A stretch of DNA of 63,965 nt, filler included, from Octopus bimaculoides (lineage: Eukaryota): assembly GCF_001194135.2 (NCBI RefSeq). It is 5 parts of 5 records of this genome, joined end to end, with 100 filler letters (N's around TTAATTAATTAA, not from the genome) between each part and the next. Parts side by side here need not be neighbours in the genome. Positions count along the whole stretch, not along the records: positions 36,018 to 50,388 come from NC_069006.1; positions 50,489 to 62,758 come from NC_068988.1; 3 more parts are not named here. The stretch is one strand, 5' to 3'. Below, piece after piece: positions 40,588 to 53,376 of this stretch. Every line of letters begins with the position of its first letter. The first letter of the stretch is position 1. The position numbers and the translations under genes were made by a program. The notes under the pieces were generated by a model. That model did no database searches. It was not told the DNA's origin and saw only the letters and a program-made list of their open reading frames with translations.

Positions 40588-41049
40588 GTGTATGTCTGTG
40601 TGTATGTATGTATAAAAAGAGATTGCTTTTTCCAGGGATATCTTACAGCCTAGCTTCCTCCAGTTTATCCAGATATCTGTGAGTTTACTGGAATTTGTCT
40701 CCCTACATTAGTATTATCCCATACTGGATATATAAATTTAAGGATTTGGATCACAAATTTAGCCTCAATAGAGCAGCTGAAGCAACAACCTTCTCCATTG
40801 AAGAACAAGCCGTCACTACAAGTAACAATGAAAGGAATATTTCTACTTGCCACAAAATACACGGCCTGTGTGTTGTATCTCTTGCGATAATGAACCTCAC
40901 TAGGTCAGGGTACATGACATTAGCTCTGACAAAATACACTTAGAAACAGTATAACCTAGCAAAGCTACTTTAGACATCAAACTTAAATGCCATAAAGCAA
41001 AAAAAAACAAAAAAACCTCTCTGGTATTCATATTAATTTCAATGTTTCT

Positions 41050-41630
41050 CACAAAATGACAAAGTGAAAATACTATGGAACTTCATCACACAAGCAGACC
41101 TCCAGCTAGCACAAGTCTGACTTCATGTTCATGACAACAACATATTAATCATTGATATAGCAATACTAAATAAATACAACATTATACATAAGTGAGCTGA
41201 AATGCTATGGAGTTATACTAGCACAGCTGCTGAACTAAAAACAATATACCAATTAAAGGATGTACCTATCACTGGCACAACTAGAGTGATGCACAACCAT
41301 TTCTGTAAAGACATTGACAAATTACCTATAAGGATAGGCATCGCCTGTGTCTGCTTTGCTCAATCGCACATGCATTAGTGACTGCATTTGGTAGATGCGC
41401 TTGTTTGTTGTTTGTCTCAATGGGTGGTCTTGTTCAACTTGACTTTGCTGGCATCCAATTTTTATGCATGGTTGCAATCCACTATTTGTTCACAGTCATA
41501 TGTTCATCTCACGACATTCAGCCAATCTGCATGGTTCCTCTGAGGATGTTCTTTACCAAGGCAGCCAGTAGATACACTGTGAAAAAATTAGAGTACTCAG
41601 AGCGAGTCCCACTGCCTTGCATATGAAAAG
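41050..41630 (-). pseudogene. Possible highly decayed RTE-type LINE RT/C-terminal relic
   Basis: Fragmentary minus-strand peptides (LAALVKNI, VRLSKA, VFSSAAVLV) fall in the order expected for RTE RT motifs; many stops and frameshifts. Confidence 0.3.
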
Positions 41631-42532
41631 CAGAAAACAGCAATACTAGCATCTGTAAACATTGTTAGGGCATTCTCACAAAGCATTTTTTTTTTTTTTT
41701 TTTACACTTAAACCTGAACATTTTTCATTCACAAATGAACATCCAAACACGATCTCCGAGTTGTACATAATTCTTGCTTCAAGAAAGGAAAAATTTCTAT
41801 GTATTTCTGAAACCATGAATTATTATCATAATTACTGCTGCCACCACCGCTTTCATCATCATCATTATTNNNNNNNNNNNNNNNNNNNNNNNNNNNNNNN
41901 NNNNNNNNNNNNNNNNNNNNNNNNNNNNNNNNNNNNNNNNNNNNNNNNNNNNNNNNNNNNNNNNNNNNNNNNNNNNNNNNNNNNNNNNNNNNNNNNNNNN
42001 NNNNNNNNNNNNNNNNNNNNNNNNNNNNNNNNNNNNNNNNNNNNNNNNNNNNNNNNNNNNNNNNNNNNNNNNNNNNNNNNNNNNNNNNNNNNNNNNNNNN
42101 NNNNNNNNNNNNNNNNNNNNNNNNNNNNNNNNNNNNNNNNNNNNNNNNNNNNNNNNNNNNNTAAAAGTCTAAAATAAGATAAAATTATTTTAGAATCAGA
42201 TAAGAATCCAAGTAAGAGGTAGGGAATCCAGCTGGTGTTAAGTTAAAGTGGTATATCTGTTAAAAAAAAAATATTTAAAAATGGAGGCTATGAATCCAAT
42301 TTAAAATTTACGGAGTCATTTAAAGTCAACCTGATTACTTTTAATTAAAAATGAAAGAAAAGAATCGAAACTGTTTTAAAAATGTAATTTTTTTTTTTTT
42401 TTTAATGTTTAAATGTAAACAGGATTGCTTCATCATGAATGAAAGGTTTTATGAGTTTGACTTAACAGGGAACTACTGCAAATTGTAATGAAACAAGATG
42501 AAAAATAAAATCAATATTAGAAAATCTGATAC

Positions 42533-42744
42533 TGGTTTCAAATTTTGGCACAAGGCCAGCAATTTCAGGGGGAGAGGGTTAATTCAATTACATTAACCCC
42601 AGTGCTCAACTAGTACTTATTTTATCAGCACTTATTTTATCAGACAAAGTTGACCCCAGCGGAATTTGAACTCAGGACATAAAGGTGTACAAAATACCTT
42701 TAAGCATTATACTCAGGATGCTACCAATCCTGCCAGCTCACCAC
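42533..42744 (-). mobile_element. SINE family B, CpG-decayed
   Basis: Colinear with other family B copies; CG changed to CA/TG at several positions (CTCACCAC for CTCGCCGC, ACAT for ACGT). Confidence 0.88.
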
Positions 42745-42797
42745 ATTCGAAAATTTCATATTGAAAAAAATATTTATAAAAAACCTAAATATCATAT

Positions 42798-42952
42798 TAT
42801 TGAAGAAAGAAAAAAAAAAGGGAAAATAAGGAAGTTTCTAGACTGCATCCTTCTGAAGATGGGCATTTGCGCTTGAAATATAAAAGTTTTTATAAAACGT
42901 TCTGCATTGTTAGAAACTTGCTTATTTTCCCTTTTCTTTTCCTTCTTCAATA
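42798..42952 (+). mobile_element. 155-bp hairpin element with a decayed hammerhead at its apex
   Basis: Inverted repeats 42798-42840 / 42911-42952 (TATTGAAG...GGGAAAATAAGGAAGTTTCTA / TAGAAACTTGCTTATTTTCCC...CTTCAATA). Confidence 0.75.
42848..42886 (+). ncRNA. Decayed minimal type I hammerhead-like motif
   Basis: TCCTT-CTGAAGA-T-GGGC(ATTTGC)GCTT-GAA-ATAT-A-AAAG: exact CUGAAGA and GAAA cores, stem II with two G-U pairs, stem I only partly paired. Confidence 0.5.
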
Positions 42953-43105
42953 CTACAATGTTTCAAGTGAACTACAACAATCGTATTATTATTTTATTAT
43001 TTTAGACTTGCACGAGTGTAAGTGCTGCCTGATGTAAGCTCCAAGTGTACAAGCTGTGGACTATAGGACAGAGCTGATGGCAGAATAGCATGGAAGAAAC
43101 TGCTT

Positions 43106-43402
43106 TTAACTCTTTAGCATTCAGATTATTATTTAAAATATAATGCTTATTTATTCACATTGTAGAACATTTTGGCTGGATATGGCCTGTTTAAATGCTA
43201 AAAGGATATGTATATACAATGCCTGTATGTCTGTAAGTTTCTTTATTCACAATGTTTTCTATTAATTTCATAGCTTCAAGATTTTGGTGATGTGATTGCT
43301 TATTTTTTAGAATGACATTGTAGGGTAGATCTGGTTAGTTTGAACTTAAAACAGGTATAATATTTAGGCCAAAAATGGCTGGTTTAAATGCTAAAGGGTT
43401 AC
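43106..43402. mobile_element. piggyBac-type MITE
   Basis: TTAA-CTCTTTAGCATT ... AATGCTAAAGGG-TTAC; an extra right-end copy AAATGCTAAAAGG lies near 43195. Confidence 0.75.
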
Positions 43403-43480
43403 ACAGCCAAGCAAGAAAATTGCCTTCATGCAATCACTGATATCACTAGAGAGGGGCAAATACACACACTCACACACACT

Positions 43481-43544
<64 letters not shown>

Positions 43545-43679
43545 AGAGATTCTGCTTTATAAAATGATTTAATTATTACAATTAAAATCTTTAAAGTACG
43601 AAACTGAAACAGCTGTAAGTGATTATGTTTATTTTTACAGTTAATAAATATACTTATTAATTGATATTTCTCCTTTTTC

Positions 43680-43734
<55 letters not shown>

Positions 43735-44461
43735 GGAGTGAGAGAGAGTCATAGAATGACCATTGGTTTCACACCTATAAAGTGCTTAACAGCATACGTG
43801 TTTCATAAGACCATTGGTTTCACATCTATAAAATGCTTAGCAGTATATGCAACTCATCAAACTCAAATGGCTGATGGCACATAACCTCTCAATTGCAGGA
43901 AGAAGTATATCACAGTCACTTATTCTATAAAAACACAAAACTAACTACCCATCATGCATGTCTTCCTCCAGTTGTAGAGAGGTCATGCGCCTCCAGCCAT
44001 TTGAATCTGGCAAACTGCCAATACTGCTAAGCGCTTTATAGATGCATAACCAATGGTCACTCTATGACTGGCCATAACATTTAACTTCTCAAAAAATATA
44101 TTACTGCTCTAACGCTTTAGAACTACTGACAATACACACACACGTGTGTGTATCTGTGTGTGTAATGCAGAATGCAACTATATTAGTGGAGAACCAACCA
44201 AGAACTCTTTAGTAAAGTTTGCTTATGGAGACCACTAGACTGATATACATGGGTGGCTCATCCACCGAAAGCTTTCACGAACTGTCCATACAGAAGATAT
44301 AAGCTATTCACCAGACAAACACTGAGGCATTTTCAAGAGAGGCAAATTGGAATGAGCTCAGCCAGACCATAATTTCAGACACATTGATGAGTAGTGTTGA
44401 CTGCAAAGACAATCACAGAAAACGTTTTATGCATGATAGAATAATCCTGTTTACCAGCATG

Positions 44462-44502
<41 letters not shown>

Positions 44503-44507
44503 AGTTG

Positions 44508-44538
<31 letters not shown>

Positions 44539-45944
44539 CATTATTATTATTATTTAACAGTTTGATTTGGCTCCATGCAAGTTTTGTATAATGAGCCTAC
44601 CAAAGTTTAAGCTGCTTGAAGCTGATTCAAGCTGTTAAATAATAATACNNNNNNNNNNNNNNNNNNNNNNNNNNNNNNNNNNNNNNNNNNNNNNNNNNNN
44701 NNNNNNNNNNNNNNNNNNNNNNNNNNNNNNNNNNNNNNNNNNNNNNNNNNNNNNNNNNNNNNNNNNNNNNNNNNNNNNNNNNNNNNNNNNNNNNNNNNNN
44801 NNNNNNNNNNNNNNNNNNNNNNNNNNNNNNNNNNNNNNNNNNNNNNNNNNNNNNNNNNNNNNNNNNNNNNNNNNNNNNNNNNNNNNNNNNNNNNNNNNNN
44901 NNNNNNNNNNNNNNNNNNNNNNNNNNNNNNNNNNNNNNNNNNNNNNNNNNNNNNNNNNNNNNNNNNNNNNNNNNNNNNNNNNNNNNNNNNNNNNNNNNNN
45001 NNNNNNNNNNNNNNNNNNNNNNNNNNNNNNNNNNNNNNNNNNNNNNNNNNNNNNNNNNNNNNNNNNNNNNNNNNNNNNNNNNNNNNNNNNNNNNNNNNNN
45101 NNNNNNNNNNNNNNNNNNNNNNNNNNNNNNNNNNNNNNNNNNNNNNNNNNNNNNNNNNNNNNNNNNNNNNNNNNNNNNNNNNNNNNNNNNNNNNNNNNNN
45201 NNNNNNNNNNNNNNNNNNNNNNNNNNNNNNNNNNNNNNNNNNNNNNNNNNNNNNNNNNNNNNNNNNNNNNNNNNNNNNNNNNNNNNNNNNNNNNNNNNNN
45301 NNNNNNNNNNNNNNNNNNNNNNNNNNNNNNNNNNNNNNNNNNNNNNNNNNNNNNNNNNNNNNNNNNNNNNNNNNNNNNNNNNNNNNNNNNNNNNNNNNNN
45401 NNNNNNNNNNNNNNNNNNNNNNTATATATACATGCGTACAAATATACGTATTCTTTTACTGGTCATTAGCTGTGGCCATGGAGAGGCGCCACTTTCAAGT
45501 GTTCAGTCAATCATATCAACCTGAGCAGTTGTCTTTAAATCTGGTGCTTGTTTTATCAATCTCTTTTGAACTGTTAGATTATGGAAAACACACACACACA
45601 TGGATAGAATATATATAATATATATAATACATGTATGTAATATAATATAAAACACAAACACACACACACACACACACCCACACTTCTTTTTTTTTCATTT
45701 TTAGAAGCTGAAAATTCAGAAATCCACACTGTAAGTGTCCTGTTTTTGATCATCAGACAATTATGAAAAAAATTAAACTTATATATAAATGAATTGTTAA
45801 GCCATCAAGGTAAATTTTGATTGGATAAAATATAACACAAAAATTAAGATAAAAGGATCATATTGACTGTTGCAATACAATATCAAAATTATACATACAT
45901 GTGTGTGTGTGTGTGTATGTATGTGTGTGTATTTATATACATAT

Positions 45945-45979
<35 letters not shown>

Positions 45980-46084
45980 TATTTGACATCCATTTTCCAC
46001 GTTGGCTTCACTGTCTGTTTTGGCAGGGTTTTTATTTTTTTTTTTACATAAGCATAAGTTTTCAGGAAATGTGCTGTGCATGAG

Positions 46085-46376
46085 AAGACCCGGCAAGCCA
46101 AGTGAGATCGTTGCCAGTGCCCCTGGACTGGCTCTTGTGCGGGTGGCACATAAGATGTACCATCCTGAGTGTGACCGTTGCCAGTACCGCCTGACTGGCC
46201 TTGTAGGGTTTTCGAGCGAGATCGTTGCCAGTGCCCATGGACTGGCTCTTGTGCGGGTGGCACATAAAAGACACCATTTCGAGCGTGGCCGTTTTCGTGC
46301 GGGTGACACGTAAAAGCACCCACTACACTCTCTGAGTGGTTGGCGTTAGGAAGGGCATCCAGCTGTAGAAACTCTG
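46085..46376 (+). mobile_element. SINE family D with internal sub-repeats and an RTE-type tail, truncated by a gap
   Basis: 50-bp direct repeat 46104-46153 / 46218-46267; tail GAGTGGTTGGCGTTAGGAAGGGCATCCAGCTGTAGAAAC. Confidence 0.8.
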
Positions 46377-46860
46377 NNNNNNNNNNNNNNNNNNNNNNNN
46401 NNNNNNNNNNNNNNNNNNNNNNNNNNNNNNNNNNNNNNNNNNNNNNNNNNNNNNNNNNNNNNNNNNNNNNNNNNNNNNNNNNNNNNNNNNNNNNNNNNNN
46501 NNNNNNNNNNNNNNNNNNNNNNNNNNNNNNNNNNNNNNNNNNNNNNNNNNNNNNNNNNNNNNNNNNNNNNNNNNNNNNNNNNNNNNNNNNNNNNNNNNNN
46601 NNNNNNNNNNNNNNNNNNNNNNNNNNNNNNNNNNNNNNNNNNNNNNNNNNNNNNNNNNNNNNNNNNNNNNNNNNNNNNNNNNNNNNNNNNNNNNNNNNNN
46701 NNNNNNNNNNNNNNNNNNNNNNNNNNNNNNNNNNNNNNNNNNNNNNNNNNNNNNNNNNNNNNNNNCACACAGATAGATAGAGAGATAGAGAGATAGAAAA
46801 TAAAGAGACATACATATAATGTAGGGGAAGTTTACAACAGAAAGGTGTAGACGAAAGAGA

Positions 46861-46902
<42 letters not shown>

Positions 46903-47629
46903 CAGTCAGACAGACATAAAGTGAAGAAGAGAGGAAATGAAAGTAGATGAAAAGAAAAGAGGTTTAAGTGAAAAGACAGAGAAATTGATGTAAAGAGTGG
47001 AATCGCAATCAGTATAAAGACATACAGAAAATATGGAGAACATTTTGTAATAACAAGCAAGTGTGGAAGACATAAAAATATGTGAATATATGAATATACA
47101 TGAAGACTGCCATATATATTCATATATTCACATAGTCTTTTATATGTGTTACATACTTGCTTATTATAATAATATGTCTTCCATGTTTTGTAGATGTCTT
47201 CAATATCAATTCATGTATTCTTTGCTCAAATTCCATTCTTTTTCTTTTTTCTGCCCGTATTTTCTTTTACCTTTTCCTTCTTTGCTTTCTTATTTTTCGC
47301 CTCCTTTCTTTTCCTTATCTAATTAACATGTCCCCTCTCCATATATATATATATGTCCCTTTATCTTTTTATATACTTTAATATTTTTATAATGAAATAT
47401 TTTATTTTTTCTCTGTGTACCACTTTGTATGGCCAACCAATAAGATCCTTTCAATTTAGTCTTTGCAAAGCCTCTTGCCCAATCAAAAAAAATTACCTTG
47501 ATATTCAAACAGCTCCAATGAATGTCTCTTAAATACTTATCTAAAATATAGTACAATCACCTGAAGATCAGACATGAGAAACCCAGAGGATCAGGTTGTA
47601 AGGGTTCACATTGTGTTTCCTTTACCCAT

Positions 47630-47718
47630 TGTATTGCAATGCTCAAACCCCAAATATAGCAAACTTTGCTTTGGCAGAATTGAAAAAGTAGGTTGCCTTA
47701 ATTTGGGGACACCCTGTA
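47630..47718 (-). mobile_element. Single Tc1/mariner-type terminus
   Basis: TTTGGGGACACCCTG-TA resembles the TIR of the 11996-12122 MITE; partner end not found. Confidence 0.45.
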
Positions 47719-48345
47719 TATATANNNNNNNNNNNNNNNNNNNNNNNNNNNNNNNNNNNNNNNNNNNNNNNNNNNNNNNNNNNNNNNNNNNNNNNNNNNN
47801 NNNNNNNNNNNNNNNNNNNNNNNNNNNNNNNNNNNNNNNNNNNNNNNNNNNNNNNNNNNNNNNNNNNNNNNNNNNNNNNNNNNNNNNNNNNNNNNNNNNN
47901 NNNNNNNNNNNNNNNNNNNNNNNNNNNNNNNNNNNNNNNNNNNNNNNNNNNNNNNNNNNNNNNNNNNNNNNNNNNNNNNNNNNNNNNNNNNNNNNNNNNN
48001 NNNNNNNNNNNNNNNNNNNNNNNNNNNNNNNNNNNNNNNNNNNNNNNNNNNNNNNNNNNNNNNNNNNNNNNNNNNNNNNNNAAATTCCAGCCAAGTCAAG
48101 TAAGCCTAGAAAAGTGAAGATTGAAATTATGATGACAGAGATAATCTTCATCTGTTATATATATATATATATGTTTCTATATATATACACAAGTGCTTAA
48201 CCTGAGACACCAGTGAATCTGAAGCCAGACAGCTTTTACAGAAATTGTCAAAAGATTCAACAGGATAACTGTCAAGTCTATGAGCATGTAAGAGAATATG
48301 AGAGAGTAAGAAGAGAGGGAAGAGAATGAAAAGTGACAGAATGTA

Positions 48346-48391
<46 letters not shown>

Positions 48392-48699
48392 AGATAGAGA
48401 AGGTGATACAGTGAGTGGGAGAAAGACAGGCAGACAATTAGCACTGATAGAAAAATAGACTAACACATACACATATGTGTATGTGTGTGTGTATGCCTTT
48501 GTGTATGCGTGTGAATGTATGTGAGCATGTGTATATGTGTGTGTGTGTGTCTCTCTCTCTCTGTTGAAATGCAAAGATAAGATGAATTAAAAATGTAGGT
48601 GTTTAGCATTGAAATTTCTCACGCATCAGAAAAAGACAGAACCAAATGAAATACTTTCCGAAAAACAAGACAAGGGAGGAGGAGGAGGGGCAACGGAAG

Positions 48700-48734
48700 C
48701 AAATAATAATAACAGTAATAATAATAATAATAAC

Positions 48735-48769
<35 letters not shown>

Positions 48770-49086
48770 TAATAATAATAATAACAATAATAATAATAAT
48801 GATGATAATAATAATAATAATAACAATAACAATAATAGGAAAGTACACATACAAACAAATATAAATTAGATGTGAAGGAATTTCATATTAATTTCAAAAG
48901 GACATGACAATAAACTGGAATACAAGGACAAGGACAGCGCATGGATGGGGTGCGGTACAGGGGGGGGGGGGGTTAGAGTAATGATGATGATGTTGATGAT
49001 GATGATGATGATGATGATGATTAGCAGCAGCATCTTCACCACCATCATGGCCACGACAGTAGCAGTGAAGATGATGATTATGATGG

Positions 49087-49145
<59 letters not shown>

Positions 49146-49994
49146 ATAGTGTAACATCAACAACTAAGTGGTAATAATATGTTTTATNNNNNNNNNNGAA
49201 CAGCAACAACAACAACAACAACAACATTCTAGGGAAAGAAAAAAAATACAAAATACCTCTCAACATACAATGCCACCAGATCAATCACATACCGAGCCAT
49301 AACCATTATCCCAATTGTCATCACCACTATCATCATCATCATCATCATCAATATGACCACCACTTCTAACACTACCATCATCATCATCATCATCATCAAT
49401 AACAACATTACCACCACTTCTAATGCTATCATCATCATCATCATCATCAATAACAGCATTACCACCACTTCTAATGCTATCGTCATCATCATCATCATCA
49501 TCATCAATAACAGCATTACCACCACTTCTAATGCTATCGTCATCATCATCACAACCATCACTGCCCATGTCATATTCGTCATCATTGTTGTTGCTGTCAT
49601 CACTTACTGTAAAGCTACCTCAAATAATCGTCACCATCACTGCCACTACTACCACCATTAACCATCATCATCATAAACAACATCATTGAACATTTATTGA
49701 TACCAACATTATCACCCACCACCACCGTACTAATACCACAACCTTCATCATCATCATCATCATCAACATCATCATTACTGACATCACAATCACAACCATT
49801 GCTTTCATTGCTGACACAACCACTATGACAGTTGATGCCATCATCATCATCATCATCATCATCATCACTGTCATCGTTATCGTCACTGTCATCGTCATCA
49901 TCATTACCATGATCACCATTCCACCAACGACCACATTGCTATTATGACCAATACCACCACCGCCACCACCACCACCACCACCACCACCACCACC

Positions 49995-50026
<32 letters not shown>

Positions 50027-50345
50027 CAACAACAAAGACATGCTCATAATTGTAGTCACTGCCTGATCATCATCATCATCATCATCATATTCAACAACAA
50101 CAACAAAAATAACACCATTGACGGCAACAACAATAACTACAACATTAACATGAAGACCAACAGCAGCAGCAGCAGCAGTAGTAGCAGCAGCAGCAGCAAC
50201 CATATGGAACAGTTTGAAAGACCAATCACCCAAACAGAGTTGATTTAAAGAGAGCAAATGAAGAAAGAGAGAGAGAGAGAGAGAGAAAGAGAAGGTGAGA
50301 GAACACGAGAAAGAGAGAAGGAGAATAGAGAAGAGAGTGAGAGAG

Positions 50346-50388
<43 letters not shown>

Positions 50389-50390
50389 NN
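48700..50390. repeat. Large compound trinucleotide/GA microsatellite field with an internal minisatellite
   Basis: (AAT)n, (GAT)n, (CAT)n, (CAC)n, (AAC)n, (CAG)n, (GA)n; four ~51-57-bp units at 49350-49552. Confidence 0.92.
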
Positions 50391-51109
50391 NNNNNNNNNN
50401 NNNNNNNNNNNNNNNNNNNNNNNNNNNNNNNNTTAATTAATTAANNNNNNNNNNNNNNNNNNNNNNNNNNNNNNNNNNNNNNNNNNNNCCATTGCGCCTC
50501 CACTGTTGTGACTGCTGTTGAAGTTGTTCAGCACAGGTAAGTTCTCTCCGAGTAGGCCTATCATCAAAGAGAGACTAGCTGTAAACTTGTCATTTTAGAG
50601 ATATCTTGAACTATCATATTTGATGGCATATAAGATTCACTTTTTATCAGGGAAAAAAGTCTTCAAAAAACAAAAAAAAAAAAAACAAAAAACAAAAATC
50701 ACCTCGAGTCGTATATGCAAAGTCGGGTCTCCTATAAGGTAATTTTGCGCCTAACGCTTACCACTATTAGCTAAATTGACGAGCGTCTATACACCTGTGC
50801 CTCTTTTATGCCATCAAATACAGTACGCACTGTAATGTGTTCTTTTCTAATATAATATAGTAATGGTGATTTAGGGAGATTCGTTTGCTATTTCTAGCAG
50901 GTGCAACAACCGCGTACAGGAAAATAGTCCATTAATGCCAAGATATGAAGATGGAACCAAGAGACAAATTATCAAAGAGCTCGATGTCCAAATGGATAAA
51001 TTGAAATATTTTAACGATTCAGCGAGTTCGCCTAAACCAGCAGTCCTCAACCAGTCCACTTGACCCTTGGAAGTCCATATAAGGCTTTTTGTTAAAATTT
51101 ATCCTTTAT

Positions 51110-52502
51110 TCTTTTAATCATTTTACTTGTTTCAGTTATTTGACTGCGGCCATGCTGGAGTACCACTTTAAGAGGTTTTAGTCGAACAAATCTACCCCAG
51201 GACTTATTCTTTGTAAGCCTAGTACTTATTTCTCGGGCTTTTTTGCCGAACCGCTATGTTATGTGGAAGTAAACACACCAACATCGGTTGTCTAGCGATG
51301 GTGGTGGTGGGGACAAACACAGACACAAACACGCAAATATATTGGGGTCATCTCATAAATAATGCAGTTTTTAAAATACTTCTTTTATTTTCCAAAATTA
51401 AGATAAACAAAGTTCTTTTTTAATCTAAAATATACTCTCCTTGATTTTCTACAACGCTCTTCCATCTATCTGGTAGACTTGCGAGACTCCCTCTTCCAAA
51501 ATTCACTTGTCCGTGACGAAAAATACTCCTTCAGTACTGTTCTGACCTCGTCTTCAGAATTCATATTTTTCCCCGCAAATGCTTTTGAAGACTATGAAAT
51601 AGATGATAATCAGATGGGGCAATGTCCGGCGAATATGGTGGGTGGGGCATCGTTTCCCGTTCAAACTGCTCCTGCCTTTGGAATATCAACTTCACCGTAT
51701 GTGGCCGGGCATTATCCTGACGGAAGAAGACCTTTCGTCTTAAAACCAAAGATGGTCGTTTTTCTTTTAGTGCTGACTTAGGCTGCTCCAGCTGCTCTCA
51801 GTAGATCTCCTTTGTTATCTTTTGGCTGCGGTTTAAAGTTTAAAGAGAACTAAACCTTTTATATCCCACCAAACAGATAACAACACCTCACGTAGGTGAA
51901 GACCTTCTTTAGCCTGAGTTGCCGGTGTTTCTCCTTTCCCTACCCACTGTCTTCGGCACTTGACATTTTTATAGATAACCCATTTCCCCTCACCAGTCAC
52001 TATTCGGTCCAAAAAAGGATCATTCGTGAGACGTGACAGCAAAGAAGAGCGCACATTCACTCAATTCACGCGATTAGACTAAGAAAGTGTGTGAAGAATC
52101 CATTGACCCAATTTGCTGACTTTTCCGATGGCGCACAGGTGCCGATGAGTGACTGAATGACCAAATCCAAGCTTCTCTGCTAGTTCCTCAACAGTTACGA
52201 TGGGATTTTGTTCCACCAGAGTTTACAGGACGTCCTCGTCGAGCTCTGCAGATCTTCCAGGACGAGGCTCATCTTCTAGACTGTAGTTTCCGGCTCGGAA
52301 TTTCTTGAATCACCGTTGACACTGGCTTACGCTTATTGTCCGATCCCCATAGACTGCATTAATATTCTTCGCACTTTCTGTTGCGTCGTTGTCTTTATTG
52401 AACTCATAAAGCAAAATACGCCCAAGGTACCACACAGTGGGACTGAACCCGAAACCATGTATTTGGGAAGCAAGTTTCTTACCTCACAGCCATACCTGCG
52501 CC
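51110..52502 (-). mobile_element. SINE family A split in two (51110-51339 tail half; ~52415-52502 head)
   Basis: The tail half ends at a CA/TA tract where the mariner begins; head AGGCGCAGGTATGGCTGTGAGGTAAGAAAC on the minus strand ends at 52502. Confidence 0.8.
51342..52314 (-). pseudogene. Decayed mariner (DD34D-type) transposase with 3' TIR, 5'-truncated and internally deleted
   Basis: WFKKFRAGNYSLEDEPRPGR, KLGQWILHTL (WVPHEL), FLDRIVTGEGKWV, LSVWWD, QDNARPH and HPPYSPDIAPSDYHLF motifs; TA then TTGGGGTCATCTCATAAATAATGCAGTTTT at 51342. Confidence 0.95.
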
Positions 52503-52844
52503 TGAATTGTTAATACTTCTACAATACACAAAATATTTTAATCCTCTTTATACAATTCCTAATAATATTTGATTATAAAAATATAATACGATTTTTTAAA
52601 CGTCGAATGGCTGTGAGGGTCCAACCAAGTAAAGGGGTCCATAGGCAAAAAATGGTTGAGAACCACTGGACTAAACAGTTACAGTAACATAATGAGCACA
52701 TCATAACATAGAACTATCTTTCTGTGACTGTGGAACACTCCAAACAACGTGTTGCCTGCAGGATTGCCCATTATTGAATTCCCATCGATATTTGGATGAT
52801 AAAATATAAAAATAAAGAAAGAATGTGCATCATTGTGTAATAAT

Positions 52845-53283
52845 TCGAATTTTGGTATACGTCCAACAGTTTTAAGGAAGGATGTAAGACAATTACATCG
52901 ACTCCAGTGTTAAGCTGGTATTTTATCGACTTCGAATGGACGAAAGGCAAGGTCGAACTCGGTGCTTTATGAGCTGGAGGAAAGGCCGCTAAATATTTTT
53001 ACTCGACGCACTAACGATTCTGTTAGCTTGTCACCTTCATCACTGAGTAAAAGTAAAATGAAAGATTTGATACAAATACGGAAAAGTAATTAATCTCGAG
53101 ACACACTGGAGACATAACACAGAACAAGGAAAAAAAAATCTGCAGCAGTTTGCAGTAAAGACGTTCTTTTGGAAATCACTGGCACGGGACACAGAAACTT
53201 CACTATAATGATCTTTTGAGGAGACCTAATCTAAGGATGACAACTTTATTGGTAGATTACAGAGAGGGGAGGGAGAGAGAAAG

Positions 53284-53376
<93 letters not shown>

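Larger units (their letters stand above)
51038..52668. mobile_element. hAT-type MITE hosting nested insertions
   Basis: TIRs CAGCAGTCCTCAACC (51038-51052) / GGTTGAGAACCACTG (52654-52668); 8-bp flanks GCCTAAAC / GACTAAAC (7/8 identical). Confidence 0.8.

Noticed and set aside
40636-40678. 43-bp plus-strand exon between TTTTTCCAG and GTGAGT
   Set aside because: Splice signals are plausible, but the peptide is unrecognisable and the region may be a decayed LINE on the other strand.
44238-44280. Hammerhead at GGTGG-CTCAT-CCACC-GAAAGCTTT
   Set aside because: Stem II and GAAA look right, but no CUGANGA precedes the stem.
49913-50247. Open plus-strand frame ending MEQFERPITQTELI*
   Set aside because: Almost entirely H/Q/I/N/S repeats, with a stop upstream and no supporting splice acceptor.
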